From Eledone cirrhosa (lineage: Eukaryota): a stretch of 64,000 nt of DNA. Below the pieces are notes generated by a model. That model was not told the origin of the DNA and searched no databases. It was given only the letters and a program-made list of their open reading frames with translations. The position numbers and the translations under genes are program-made. The stretch lies in assembly GCA_964016885.1 (NCBI GenBank), contig OZ024742.1:65596001-65660000 (forward strand), given 5' to 3'. Below are positions 28,198 to 43,348 of the stretch, one piece after another. Positions within the stretch are counted from its first letter, which is position 1, and each line of letters opens with the position of its first letter.

Positions 28198-28500
28198 TAG
28201 GAGCAACGTAAAATAAAGTGCCTTGCTCAAGTACACGACACTTCACCCGGTTCGGGAATCGAATTCACAACCTCATGATTGTGAACCCAACTCTCTAATT
28301 ACTAAAGTAGTGGGTTTGATTCCTGGGCTGGGTTGCGTGTTGTGTTCTTGAGAAAAACACTTCATTTCACGTTGCTGCAGTATATTCAGCTGAAAATGAG
28401 TACCAGAAATAGTTTAATCCTGTGATGGACTGGCGTCCTGTCTAGGGGAGAGTCTTGTACTTACAGTAGCCATGAAACCGGGATATGCACCGGCCTAACG
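28198..28500. mobile_element. Two head-to-head tRNA-derived SINE remnants with conserved central domain
   Basis: B-box-like ggtttgattcc / gaatcgaattc, core gtgttcttgag..aacacttcatttcacgttgct, and a V-SINE-like segment cctgtgatggactggcgtcctgtc. Confidence 0.65.
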
Positions 28501-29607
28501 AGAATTCTGACCAGGCCCAAACACTTGTCTGACACGTACCATTACATTAAATCATTATGTTACCCATAATCCTAACACAGAAAATATTTATACGATGATT
28601 TAAAAAACAAACAAAAAAGTAAAACAAAACAAAAAAATGAGCGACAAAAGTATCATTCTAACTCCCATCGGCTCTATTCGCAGGTATCTCCTCACTCAAT
28701 ATCATCTTTAGAGACAACGGAAAACGAATTAACGAGAGAGCCTCAACAATGTAACTTGACCTCATAGTAACAGCACTCAAATTTTCTTCAAATTGCACTT
28801 TGATATGAGAAGGGCATACTGGACTGTATAGAACTAGATAAACAAAATAACGGCATGCTCAAAGCTGGAATGTCTTTTGACATAAGTCTACTTGAGAGTA
28901 TGAGAATTAATGGAACTTTAGTGTACAGTTGGGTCACAATATAGTCCATACTATTTCTTACATAATTTCATATGACAAAATAACAATACAATACTAACTA
29001 TAGATATAACAATATAAAATGTTGTGAAGAACGAGAAGGAAATGCTAGGGAATTTCGGCAATCTAGTAGTTGAGTTAAAAAAACACATTATAGCTGTTAA
29101 AGAAAGTGTCTATCATACCATTTATAATTAGTCAAGCTACGAAATAGGCTACATATAAGGATAGTCATATGTATATTCTAGAAAATCACAATAATAGTCA
29201 CTGTAAATATTGTAAGTAAATTTTTATACATGTTTTTGTTTGAAGAAATGAAATTATCGTTGTATTTTTTTTTACATTACGAATAAAAAATAAAAATAAA
29301 ATCAATAATAACTAACACTAATGTCTAATGTTTTTTCTGGTACATGGCATGTCAGCAAAGAGAAAAAAAGAAAAGAAGTGAAGTTTAAAAAAGACCCCTA
29401 CCTCCAAAAAATACAAGCAAAAATATTTAGACCTAAGGTAAAGGAAAATAAAAACAAAAGACTGTGACATGCGCAATGAAAGCAATCCCCTACAGAACCT
29501 GGAATTAATTACATGCGTGATTGTGGGACTTGGTGGATGGTAAAAGATTTCAGTGTTCTTGCGAGATATACAGTTTTATATAATTATAAAACGAATATGA
29601 ATGAAAC

Positions 29608-29660
<53 letters not shown>

Positions 29661-29849
29661 TTATGCATGTATTATTTGTGTGTGTATGTATATGTGCATC
29701 GATATGTTTGTATATGTAGTTCAAGATAATACGACCAGAGATATAACACATATAGAGAGAGGGACGGGAGAGAATGTATCAGTTATTTTTCATTAGCTCT
29801 ATGAAAAAGCTTCCTTGTTTCACTTGGATGAAATTATAGAGGGACTTAC

Positions 29850-29928
29850 TTTGGTCACACCACCTTCATATTTGAAATATATCAAACACCTTTTAACTTC
29901 ACATGTCTCTATAGAAATATGTCTCTCT
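29850..29928 (-). other. Candidate internal exon of unidentified minus-strand host transcript
   Basis: cttcag| ... AAA|gtaagt. One open frame reads ERHISIETCEVKRCLIYFKYEGGVTK, with no homology recognised. Confidence 0.3.
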
Positions 29929-30772
29929 CTGAAGATGTTACTGAAACGTTTCCACTTTGAGCACCAAGAGGCCATATGCGGACCAATCCTGACGTACTTC
30001 AAACAGTGGAAGAATTACTGGGCTAAGTGTGTAGATGTTTAAGTGTCTTCGAAGGGGATTAGTAATCGACTCACAAATATGAAATTTGTTTCCTCAGCCT
30101 AAAATCGGACACTCTTATACACACATAGAAATATACAGTTATATGCTTATATGCAGACATGCGAACAAAAGAAGCACCGAAGCAAGTTCGAAACCAGAAT
30201 TATCTGGTTGGAAAGCAAACTTCTAAACCACATGGCCAGGGCTGTGTCCAAAACATAGCTAACATTTCTTCCAACTAATGGTGGAAGTTTTGACAGAGAT
30301 AACATTTGCTTAATAAAAATAATACACACACACACACACACACGCACACATACACAACCTCACCAAGCCTACAGACAAATAAACTCACAAGAAAAACAAA
30401 TACAAAATCTAATAGAAGGAAAAGAAAGAATTTTCCGTCAAAACTTTCAAGAATTATCAATAATATCGCAAAAACAAATTCTACAGATTTTTCTTCAAAG
30501 ATGGACGACTGCATTGAAGAGTGTAAATAGAATATAGTGAATTACGTCATAGATGTGTATGTTTCTGTATTTATCTATGTATTTAGTAAGATTGCACACA
30601 CACACACACACACACCCACAAGCATGTACACACACACAGACACATACACACACATACACACAAGTATGCACACACAAGCACAAACATATATATGTATATA
30701 TAGATACATATATGCATATATATATACATGCATACATAAACACACATACACACACATATTTATATATATGCG

Positions 30773-30864
<92 letters not shown>

Positions 30865-31009
30865 GATATCCGAAGTATCTCAGCCTATGCATGAGAAAAA
30901 TTATAGGTACGATGGAATATTAAATATTGATAGACGATCTGAGTAAAAGCATTAACGAACAGACAGACACACACACACACACAGACAGACACACACACAC
31001 ACACAGACA

Positions 31010-31082
<73 letters not shown>

Positions 31083-31353
31083 GAGATGTATCGGAGCGAG
31101 GTTGATGCGCACGCACCTACGCAAACAAAAAGGGGGACAGAGAGAGAGAGTGAGAAGGAGAGAGGGTGAGAGATAGATAGATAGATAGAGAGAGAGTGAG
31201 TGAGAGGGAGAGAGTATTCCTATTAAATGTGGTAAGTAATCGGAGATATTTTGAACATAAGTTGTAAATTATACACAGTCATTGTATAAATATATATATA
31301 TATATTTGCATATATAGATACTTCCACATACACACACACACATATTTATATTG

Positions 31354-31404
<51 letters not shown>

Positions 31405-31699
31405 GTCATGTATATATGTGCTTATAGATTTACAAATTAGAAGGTAATGGTGCTTATAAATAAATAGATAAGAATAATAAAATAAAATAAATAAAGGTAT
31501 GGTATTTGCTTTAAGTGAGGGGTAAAAGAAAGGTTTGAAACAGAAACCTTTTTACATTACCGTGAGTATTGAACAACATTCGGCCACATCCTCTAGACAA
31601 TCCGCCCTCAGAAATGGAGGGTTTGTCTTTCATGAGAGCATGTAGAGGAGAGTAAAATCACTTTAAATGAAGAGTAAGGCATAATATATTTTTAGTAGA

Positions 31700-31800
<101 letters not shown>

Positions 31801-31871
31801 CATATATACATACATATATACACACACATATATACATATATATATATATACATACATATATACATATATAC

Positions 31872-31913
<42 letters not shown>

Positions 31914-32326
31914 ATAATAAAGTAGAATCGAGCGCATGATTTCTTTAAAAAATATGTACAGAGTAGCAATAGCATGTTAAAATGGAAAAGAAGGTAATAT
32001 TTTTGATATAGGCAAGCAATGTAGTTTTTAATGGAGAGTAAGGATTAATATCAAGAAATCATGTACAGGAGAGCAGTTGTTTTTTATACGGAAAGAAAAA
32101 AAATACTATTTTTCAAGAAAGCATGTAAACTCGAGTAAGGTGTTAATTATTTCTGGAAACCATATAAGAAAGCAATATTTATTCAGTACTGAATTCATTT
32201 AACAATCTTTTGACAAGTCAGACCAGAAATATATGTGGGGTGGGGACAGGTTGGTCAGTTATACGGCTATGATTTTGAAGGGGCCTACTTCCCCCTCGTA
32301 TGTACCGTAACCCTTACATAAATAAT

Positions 32327-32542
32327 GGTTTCTTATATAGGCACAAGGCCAGTCATTTTGGGAGAGGTGAAAGTAGATTAAATCGACCCCAGTGCGTGAT
32401 TGGCCCTTTATTTTATCGACCGCGTAACGATGAAAGACAAAGTTAACCTCCGCTGAATTTGAACTCAGATCATAAAGGGCCGTATCTCTATGCTGCAAAG
32501 CATGGCGTCCGACCCTCTACCGATACTGCCAATCCACCGCCC
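32327..32542 (-). mobile_element. Full-length tRNA-SINE (long form) with 17-bp TSD
   Basis: TSD acccttacataaataat at 32310-32326 and 32546-32562. Confidence 0.9.
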
Positions 32543-33856
32543 TTGACCCTTACATAAATAATACCACTGACTGCTAAATTTTCTTAATGAGAAGTTTAAA
32601 TCTCGATTTTATATCTGGCCTGGACACATCAATTTTGTACAAACCTAGGTATTCGTGTACATAAATCTATGATATAAGATATCCGTCCAAAGTTCCGCGC
32701 AATAGAATCGAACCCGGAATCACGTGATTGTGAACCTTACTCGCTATTCAAAAAGACGGAATGGTTAGAGTTAGATTGTCTTTAATCATAAGTCTGCTCG
32801 ATTAGGGCTGACCTGGGATTAAATAAGCACCACCATCACCACTACTACGATCAGCAACAACTCGTCATTTGTTTTAACATATCACAAAGAAAGTCAGAGA
32901 AAACGACAGACAGACAAAACAGGGACGTACAGACAAATTATTCAGTTTGATGAGTAAGCTAGTATCCTAAATCGTGAAGGATCATTGGAACAACCTCTTC
33001 ATTATGTATTTCAGTGACGCCGAAATGAATGTCGTGATTCAAATATTAATCAATGTATCCAATGACGAATGAATAAGACGTCATTGATCAATGACTGACC
33101 TCTGACCTACCCAATATGGCTTCATTGTTCATCGTACTAACATTATTACAGAACGTCTATACAACTGTCAAACAGACCATTCTTTGCCTCATTCTCAATG
33201 TTTTCTTTGGTGCGAATTCTTGAATATTCACTAACTTTTGTTGCCGTCGTTGTTAATTTAACTGTTGCTGCTACTTGATGTAGTGGAGACGGCGCTGCTC
33301 TTACTCTTTATTGGTTCTGCTGGTGGTGAGGTGGTGATATTGTTGATGTTGACTGAGAGAGTATTTCCAGTTGTGTTGCTGGTGTTGATATTTTTGGTGG
33401 TGTTGTTACTGTTAATATTGTTGGTATTGTTGTTGGTGGCATGTCCCCAAACAATTTCTGATCGAACTGGCCTATGATAAAACAATATTGCAGCTGTGAT
33501 CAACCCTTACTTTTCCTATGTGTAGGGAACTCACGAACAAATTACTCAAGGTGTGTTTTTTTTAAGACAGAAGGGTGTGATTTGAGGGAAATTTGGCTGT
33601 TATTTCCAGCAGCTCAAGTGGACATTTAGAAGCCTCTGTTACTGATTTGTTTTCATTGCTGTTGTTGCTATTGTTTAACCCCAGGTTATCCCTGAGTAAA
33701 TCTATGACCAAATATATTCCTGCCACGATTGCATCATTTTAAGGATATGTAGGACTACACTTTCTAAAGAGAAATGTGGTAGAGTGTCGGTGTTGATACT
33801 ATTGCTGGTGTTTGTTTTTGTGTCGTTGTCATGTTTTTTAAGATGTCTTCCCTGGC

Positions 33857-34025
33857 AGTATTACATGTAAGTCCTAGTATTTTTTTCTCATGTGGGCGTT
33901 GTGAATATTATTGAGGTATTGTATATAACTTCTAGTATTTGTTTCTGATGTGGGTGTTGTGAATATTATTGAAGTATTATATGTAAATTCTAGCATTTCT
34001 AGCTTCTCTGAGTGTTGTGAATGTC
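33857..34025 (+). repeat. ~57-bp degenerate minisatellite x3
   Basis: gtattatatgtaa.ttctagtattt...gtgttgtgaatattattga recurs three times. Confidence 0.7.
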
Positions 34026-34397
34026 CTATATAACACATACTAATTTTGTTTTCTTCAGTTTAGGTTGAGGATATTATGGAAGTGTTCTTGTGTAACTTTA
34101 AGTATTATATCGTGATAATGGCAATAACAAATCTCCTTAAGATCATTTCGTATAGACGAGAAAACGAGGAAGTCTGCATACATTCACTCGGCCTGCTTAG
34201 CATAATCTTCCTCAAACCACGCTCAACCGTCTTAAAATAAGGCAAGACACACGAAAAATAAATATTTAAAGAAAAAATAGACGCCATGTTCACGAATATA
34301 CCAAAGTTGATCAGAAGTCTGTATGGTCATATTTGACCTGAGATTAACAACAGCGACAGCAGCAACAACAAAAAGAGTAGTAGCAACAACAGTAAAC

Positions 34398-34459
34398 CTC
34401 ATCACATTGGATTCCAGCAGGAATTAACTCAAGTAAGCTTTGGGAAGGGTCATGGGCAG
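34398..34459 (-). other. Candidate internal exon
   Basis: tatttcag| ... GAG|gtttac. Open frame AHDPSQSLLELIPAGIQCDE, GC-richer than its flanks. Confidence 0.3.
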
Positions 34460-35210
34460 CTGAAATAGATTTTCCCAAACAATGCATAAATAGATTAATA
34501 GTAAGAAATATGAAAATCTTCTTAATAAATAAGATAAAATATGTAGTATGATTAAGTCTCATAAATATGCAAATGTTTCAAAACAAAACATTCTTTTTGC
34601 AATCTGAAGTAAAACAAAGTGACGTTTATATACCGAAATTTTATTTATATTTTAAAAGAATATACTATGGATTCATTTTATGCAAATGATGGATAAAACA
34701 TGAAAAAAATAAAAAAATAAAAAATAACAACAAATTATAAAGAAAGTAAGAAAAAGTAAAACAAACAACTAAACTACAAAACAAAACAAAAGAAAAAAGT
34801 TAAAAATGCTACCATTTCGTATAAATATTGTATTATTATATATAGTACAAAAGAAAAGTTTTCAACAAGATTTATTTATTTCCTTCTTTCAAAATATTCT
34901 TTCACAAACTTTCTTTCTGTGAATTACGTCTAAAGTATATAAATTTGTTTTTGCTGTTTCCACTCTGTCAATTCAAGCAGATTAAGATCTGAGTATATGT
35001 ATTATCGTCTCTATGATAAATCTAAACTAATCAGTTATTTATGGACATAGCATACTAAGTTTAGTTGTCTTAAAGTTATCTCTCTTCAACAATGATACAA
35101 AGTGTCTTTCTTTCTTGATTTTCTTCCTCTTCCTCAGTACACACACACGCACACGCACGCACACATACATATATATATATATATATATGCATATAATCTC
35201 TCTCTCTCCC

Positions 35211-35317
<107 letters not shown>

Positions 35318-35573
35318 TTGTGTGTGTGTCTGTGTGTATGTGTGTGTGTTTGTGTGTGTATGTGTGTGTATGTGTGTGTATGTGTGTGTGATGTCATTAA
35401 TGTCGATCCATAAGTCCATTCACTCAGCCTTTCATAAGAACCAGTATTTATAAAAGGTAGAGTGGAATCAATATTATAATACCCACCAATTAATTTTACA
35501 CTCTTTCGATGACAAACTGGGATATTTCCTATCGAACCATTTGACCGCCAGGCATTAAGTCCTATAATAATAA

Positions 35574-35763
35574 TTGTTTCTACTTTTGCCACAAGGCCAG
35601 CAATTATACCAGTGTATTACTGGTACTTTATTTTATCGACCCCATAAGGATGAAAGGTAAAGTTAACCTCGGCGGGATTTGAACTCAGAATGGCAAGGGC
35701 CGTAACTCTATGCATCAAGCATGGTGTGTCCGACCATCTACCGATACTGCTAATCTACTGCCC
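35574..35763 (-). mobile_element. tRNA-SINE (short form) with TSD
   Basis: agtcctataataataat occurs on both sides. Confidence 0.9.
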
Positions 35764-35774
35764 TTTAATAGTCC

Positions 35775-35809
<35 letters not shown>

Positions 35810-35819
35810 GAAGAAGAAG

Positions 35820-36122
35820 AACTAAAACAATACCAGTGGTTGTAGGCGCTCTGGGAATGATACCTAAGGGGTCTAATGATTACTTATCGCAAATCCCAGG
35901 AAACCCGCGTATAGGAGAAATACAAAAGATAGTACTAATGGGAACTGCCCAAATACTAAGGAAGATTCTGTCAATATAAGTACATCACAAGTCTAAACAC
36001 TAAAGATGCATGTGTGTGTATGTATGTTCTTTCTTGAACATGGCGGACCTTGTTGTCTCTTGAGGTCACTGGTTGCGACTTGGTGATAACTGGTATGAAA
36101 ATAAAGCAAGATAAATGCAACT
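35820..36122 (+). mobile_element. R4/Dong-like retrotransposon 3' end in (TAA)n
   Basis: TIPVVVGALGMIPK...EIQKIVLMGTAQILRKILSI*, flanked by (TAA)n. Confidence 0.8.
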
Positions 36123-36139
36123 ATAATAATAATAATAAT

Positions 36140-36345
36140 AATTTCTAGTATAGGCACAAGGCCAGTAATTTTGAGGGGAGGAGAAAGTCTATTAAATCGA
36201 CCTCAGTACGTTACTGGTGCTTTATTTTATCGACCCCATAAGGAGGAAACGCAAAGTTAAGCTCGGCGGGATTTAACTCAGACCGTAAAGGGCCATAACT
36301 CTGTGCCGTAAAGCATGTTCTTCGACACTGTACCAACACTGCCAC
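36140..36345 (-). mobile_element. tRNA-SINE (long form)
   Basis: Same core and tail as the other copies. Confidence 0.85.
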
Positions 36346-36527
36346 AATAATAGTGATTTCTTAATAAAGTACACAGGGCAGTACATTGTGAGCTTTTTTG
36401 TGTAAAATAAAATCTGTAACAGAGACTAAGAAAATACGCATATATATACTATTTACACACATATACGTATATACACCTCATATATATGTACATCCACATT
36501 ATACACGCACATATATATATATGTATG

Positions 36528-36655
<128 letters not shown>

Positions 36656-36733
36656 TCCTGCTATATCAAGCGTTAACCTAATATATCCCTTCCATATACT
36701 GTACCGATTGTGTTGTTATTTCTGTTTACCTCT

Positions 36734-36797
<64 letters not shown>

Positions 36798-36799
36798 CG

Positions 36800-36886
<87 letters not shown>

Positions 36887-36987
36887 ATCTAAGTATGGAT
36901 ATATATATATATACACACATGCATATATACATTTATATACATGCATATATATACATATATAAATACATGCAAACATACACAGATAAA

Positions 36988-37035
<48 letters not shown>

Positions 37036-38299
37036 AAATTCACCAAAACCGTAGTAATTTCCAGAGATTAACTGAGGAGATGGGACTCTCCGTCTTTCCG
37101 ATGTATTTTCCATTGTCTTTGTCCTATGCGCCCCCTATTTTGAATATATACATATATATATATACATATATACATATATATGCTCTCTCTCTGTCTCTGT
37201 GTCTGTGTGCGTGTTTGCGTGCATGCGTACGTATGTCTTATTTTATTATTTATAAAGTCCAGCTTCCGAAGACGGTCCAAGGGAGACAACTGAGTTGTCA
37301 CTGTTTTGTCAACATACTGTTCACTCGCCTCTTGTCTCTCGTTGACTGTTCGAAAACATTTCATATTATTTTAGACATTTATTATAGGATTTTGATTTTG
37401 TCCACTTATATGTATCATTATGGCTGGTTAATGCCATATTGATTCTTCAGATAAGTATGGAGACGGAGCGACAGCTATGTGAGTAGATAGCTAGATAGAT
37501 AAACATTTAGGTAGGCAGATAAATAGATTGCTATCCAGATAGATAAATATATAAGATAGAGAAAAAAATAGATAGACAGACAAATAATTAGAGAGATAAA
37601 TATATAGATAGTAAAATAGACAGACAGGGATGTCTAAAAGCTGAAACTGAAAATAAAAAAAAAATTAAATATAATTTTGTAAAAAAAATCAAATTAAGTA
37701 CTTGACCTCCTTTATATTATCGACCTCGAATAATGCCGAAATTGGTGGGAATTGAACTCAGAACTTCAAGGGAGGCAACTAAATACAACAATGTATTACA
37801 GAGTTTCCACCTCAAATTCAACCTCATCAATGTTAGTCTCCAATTTCTCCACTATGTCAGACACACCATTTCATTTTCATGAAAAGAATGGTATTGTTAG
37901 CAGTGATTGCTGGTAAAAGAACTGCATAAAAATCTAAACATTTGAGGGTCTTGTAAAGGATTTCAAATGTTTTATAAAGAAATCGTTGCACCGTACACTA
38001 CAGTACCTATAAACATATTTAAAACTACATACTATAAAACATTTTGGGCCTGCGCCCTCCCTCACGGCCAGATAATGCCCTCAGTACCCTCTACCCTGTT
38101 TCTAGAGAGACCTGCCTACACACAAATTGTAGATAATATATAATATATAAAATCATTAATTTATATATAATAAATAATATAATATATACGATTTATAAAT
38201 AAACATTATATATTTTTCATTTTAGCATATTTATATATAATATGTATTATTTGATATTAAATATTCTACTATATCATCTCTACCGCCCCACACCGACCC

Positions 38300-38373
38300 C
38301 TTAGGCCACGGCACCCCCTGGACCTTCTCAACGCAGCCCCAGGGAGTGGTAGCGCCCACTTCGAGAACCTCTG
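38300..38373. mobile_element. hAT-like transposon terminus
   Basis: Reverse complement cagaggttctcgaagtgggcgctacc resembles Charlie/MER5-type TIRs. The partner end was not securely identified. Confidence 0.4.
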
Positions 38374-38763
38374 CTTTACAATATGCAATACGAGGCAGAC
38401 AAAAACAAATAACCCTGTATACACGTTACTCTACAAAACTGCGAGATGCTAGAAATAACAGCCATCTCCTTTTAGGCAAGGAGATTCTAGTTATGTAGTT
38501 CGGAGTATACTACATTATCTGTCTGTCTCTCTCACTCTTTCTCCCCCTCTCTCTTCCTCTTACCCCCCCCTCTCTCTCTATATATATATATATAAACGGA
38601 ACGATCGACATTCGTCAAATCGGAACGAGGAAACAATGTTTCCATTGGTCTTTCCAATTGCTAATACTATCTATCGGTCGCAACTCCAGGTAGAAGGAGC
38701 AACGTGAAATAAAGTGTCTTGCTCAAGACACTATTTCACGTTGCTCCTTTTACCATATATATA

Positions 38764-38859
38764 CAGGGAATCCCCACAAAATGTATTCACTTTGACTACT
38801 TGTACAGGCAATATTTATTAGAATCCTGTGAAGTGTGTATACATTTCGGGGACACTCTG
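38764..38859. mobile_element. Small Tc1/mariner MITE
   Basis: Imperfect TIRs cagggaatccccacaaaatgtattcactt / aagtgtgtatacatttcggggacactctg, in a TA context. Confidence 0.7.
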
Positions 38860-38899
38860 CATATATATATATACTGTATCTATCTATATATATATATAT

Positions 38900-39118
38900 A
38901 TTAGAAAATATATAGCTTTCACCGTATTTTTAACTAAAGGAATTTTAGCTTGATAACGGGGGTTTAGAACCCTCAGATAAATGGAAAAAGATGAGTATTG
39001 ACGTACATGGGAGTACGTCAATACTCATCTTTTTCCATTTATCTGAGGGTTCTAAACCCCGTTATCAAGCTAAAATTCCTTTAGTTAAAAATACGGTGAA
39101 AGCTATATATTTTCTAAT
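38900..39118. repeat. ~106-bp-arm fold-back element between (TA)n tracts
   Basis: Arms 38900-39006 and 39013-39118 with a 6-nt loop. Confidence 0.9.
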
Positions 39119-39153
39119 TTCAAACTCGCTTACTGTTTCAAAACATACTTACT

Positions 39154-39230
<77 letters not shown>

Positions 39231-39337
39231 AATGACTTCCCTTTTCTTTCAACCAATGTCCCCCACCCATCCTACTCCCCACCCTCTCCTACCACAAGAA
39301 AAGTTATAAATACCACAACTTTTATTTTGGAAAGCCA

Positions 39338-39386
39338 GATTCCTGATGATTTCTAAAGAATGAAACAGTTCTAGTCCTGTAGAATC
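39338..39386 (+). ncRNA. Type I hammerhead ribozyme (F3)
   Basis: Same as 14505-14553 with one loop-II change. Confidence 0.85.
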
Positions 39387-39472
39387 TCATCTATATTAAA
39401 ACTTATATACTCTGCTATGTATTGAGTACCTTACTTCCTGTGGTTACCTCCGATTCAACCCGGGATAACTTA

Positions 39473-39526
<54 letters not shown>

Positions 39527-39649
39527 GTAAGTTCTCAAGTGGTGTTGAGGGGGTAACCTCAGTTAAAACCAGTGGTGGTGTGTAGGCGGGGTACATATTA
39601 TGCTGCGTGTGTGCGTGTGTGGTTGTTAAGTGTTTTGTCGGTGGAAGTG

Positions 39650-39685
<36 letters not shown>

Positions 39686-40370
39686 TGTGTGAATGTGTGC
39701 GTTCACGCGCGCGCGCTCATCTCATGCATGAATATGCACACAACCGCACACCTGTATATGTGTACACACACATATACACGTATTCCTGTGTTCGCACTCA
39801 TGCATGTATGTTTGTATGTGTTTGGTCGTGTGTACTGTATGGTTACATGTATTGTAGTTTGTGTGTGTGGGTGTGGATGTGTGTGTGTGGGTGGGTGGGG
39901 GGGGGTTACGGAAAGGTGGGTTGGTTTTCGTACCCAGTAGGGTCCACATTGGTAAATTCTATGTATATAGTAGCCGTGAGCACATTAGAAGAGAAAGTAA
40001 TTGTGGGTGAGTGGTAGCCACAGGAAGTGTTCGGGTGTGTATGTGTCTGTCTGTGTGAGGGGGTGGTGGTGTGAGAAGGTGGTGGCAGAGTTCTATGGGT
40101 GGACTAGGGTGTTGGTCAACGGTCAAACAGAGTGTAGGGGATGGAAGTTAAAGGCGTGTGTTTTCGGTGAAGAAGTTGATGGATAATGTGCTGGGTGTGG
40201 GAGAGCGAATCGGTGTGACAAAGTGGGGGCTGCCAGGGCGAATTGTACGGATGGTTTGGCAGTGGCTCCACCGTGATATCAGTGTTTTTGATAAACAGGA
40301 ATAACAACACAATTGGTACAGTATATGGAAGGTATATATTAGGTTAACGCTTGATATAGCAGCAAGAGGG

Positions 40371-40406
40371 TCTTAACGTTTCAGACGCTAGTCCTTCATC
40401 AGAAGA
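40371..40406 (-). ncRNA. Minimal hammerhead ribozyme (F7)
   Basis: tctt CTGATGA aggac-tagc-gtct GAAACGT T aaga. Family copies at 36655-36735 (no core) and 48520-48635. Confidence 0.75.
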
Positions 40407-40559
40407 AAGTAATAATAATAAATGTGAAGACTAAAATCCGAAGAAGATGCCGTTAAGGGTGAAAGCAACGATTCTTTGCTTAATCTGTTATTTTAATAAA
40501 TAAATAAATGAATAAATGAATAAGTATATATATATACGCAGACGACACCGCCTTATTCA

Positions 40560-41040
40560 GCAACTCAGACACGAACTGGCTATATACTGGGAGGAGTCAG
40601 TAAAGCTTGGTCTTCAGGTAAGCTGGGCAAAGAGAAAGCTGATGTATGTCGGCAATGGTCCGGATCCTTCTTCGCTTCATATTGGCCCCGGCGCCGTGGA
40701 GTTTGTCAACTTCTTCATTTACCTGGGCACGACTGTCACCAGCAATGGAAACCTGGCTCTGGAGATCCACCACAGATATGGCCTGGCTGCCGGTGAAATG
40801 CACTCCATATGGAAGCCTCTTTGGTGCCATTGCTAAATCTTCTAGTAGACGAAGCTCCATATTTAAAATGCATCGGCCCTCTCCGCTCTATTCTATGGAG
40901 CAGAAACGTAGCCCCTCCCGAATACCCTGACAAAGAGGATCAACAACTTCGATTGCAAAGCCTTGAGGACCATAAAAAAAATCAGACGTTTCCAGCAAAG
41001 TGTTCCGTGCGCGCACGCACCAGCCCACAGGACACCCAGG
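40560..41040 (+). pseudogene. RTE-clade LINE reverse transcriptase C-terminal fragment
   Basis: EESVKLGLQVSWAK.KLM...VEFVNFFIYLGTTV...EIHHRYGLAA..M..IWKPLW, with stops and frameshifts. Confidence 0.85.
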
Positions 41041-41619
41041 CAGCTTTTGGTAATGCTGTTTCGCAATTTTAGTGATAGGGAATTACCAATTCTTTTGCTC
41101 ATCAGTGGATGTGAAATTAATAAACCCTTCACTTCTAAGTATTTCAGAAGACTGAATAGTGTGCGTATATAAAATAACGCACATGGCATCAGAACCAAGC
41201 GTGTCGCACAAAACATATGCTACTAAAAATAGCAGACAAGTTTACTCGACATTTAAATTAGCTCAACTAATTCAAGGAGCCGAATATATATATAATTTAT
41301 ATATAAAATTGCGAAACAACGTTACCAAAAGCTGTCTGGGTGATTGACAGTTGTCGCAATATCGGTTTGTATTTCTTTTCTTAATTTATTCTTTTAAATT
41401 GAGTCTGGCAAACCCTATTGTTCATTGTTAGTATTTTTTTCACCCAAGCGAATCTGGTCCCTTACGATTTGAACACATATATGTATATATCTGTGTTTAT
41501 CTCTCTTTTATATTCAATTATATTACACGGCTCGGAAATATCTCTTTCCTGAACTATTTAATTGTAAGAGACTATTTTGAGTTTCTAACTCAATATATAC
41601 TTTTGATATATATATATAT

Positions 41620-41842
41620 AACAAAGGAATTGTGGTAAAGAATCAGATGGATCATAACGCACCAGAGTACTCAATACTTAGGGTAGTAGAGTGGGAAATA
41701 GGAAAAAGTATGACCCCGACGGCAGAGCTCAAGCCGTTTAGACGGCTATTTCTGGACTAAATTAGAATTTTAAAAAATTCTAATTTAGTCCAGAAATAGC
41801 TGTCGAAACGGCTTGAGCTCTGCCGTCGGGGTCATACTTTTT

Positions 41843-41847
<5 letters not shown>
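41620..41847. mobile_element. F2 fold-back element (third copy)
   Basis: Inverted arms of about 73 bp within 41698-41847, bounded by TA. Confidence 0.85.
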
Positions 41848-41887
<40 letters not shown>

Positions 41888-42424
41888 TTTGTGGGTAGTA
41901 CAATGAATTACTGGTATTGGTAACAAATCAAGGACTCTATACACATGAGGAGTGTATATAATAGGGAAAAAAGGAGGAAGTTGCGTTTATATATAAAAGA
42001 TATTTATTGGGTATCGATCCGTTAAAATATATTAAAAACATGATGGTCACGGTTGGAATGCTCTTCATCATAGATCTGCTCAGCGAGTACCTACATGGGT
42101 GTGAAATAACAAAATCGTCAACAATTGTGCCACTGCCATTAACATCACCACAACCACCACCACAACAACAACAACACCAACAACACCAATGACTAAAACA
42201 TCATCACCATCATTATCCTCTCACTACAAAAAAGACCACCACCACCACCACCAACACCACCACCACCACCACCACCACCACCACCACGACAACCACCACC
42301 ACCACCACCACCACCACTACCACGACAACCACCACCACCACCACCACCAACAACAACAAGCGATACCAAACTCTATTTTAAATCAATGAAGTTTATTGAG
42401 AGTGATTGAAAATATATTATAGTA

Positions 42425-42532
<108 letters not shown>

Positions 42533-42732
42533 TCTTCTTCCCCACTCTCCTTCTTACAGAGATAATTTGATGGTAATTTCTCATTTATTTTGTTAGTCAC
42601 TGATGAACATTTTGTAGATGAAGGAAGTGAAATTAGATTAATGGTAAATAAAACACACCGATATATATTTACACATATACATACATAGAGATATACACAC
42701 ATACATATAGATATACACACATACATACACAC

Positions 42733-42768
<36 letters not shown>

Positions 42769-42775
42769 GTGTATA

Positions 42776-42826
<51 letters not shown>

Positions 42827-42847
42827 GTGTGTGTATATATATGTATA

Positions 42848-42894
<47 letters not shown>

Positions 42895-42927
42895 GCATAC
42901 ATAAATATATATATATATTTATATATG

Positions 42928-42985
<58 letters not shown>

Positions 42986-43288
42986 CATACACACACACAC
43001 TCACATATACATATATATATAAATACATAATACACCTGTGTATATGTATATGTACAAATGTGTGTGGTACTTGTATGTGCACGTTTCGTATTTACTTTTA
43101 ATCTAATTTCACTTCCTTTACATATTAGTTCTGTATGATACATTCAAGATTTCTTCATTCTGTTCTATTTCCTTACATATATATTGTTGTCATAGTTCTA
43201 ATTAATTTTTAATTATATCTTGAGTACATTCATTGAAAAATATTTTATCGTTAGATGTTTCTACATACATACATACATATATAATTAC

Positions 43289-43342
<54 letters not shown>

Positions 43343-43348
<6 letters not shown>

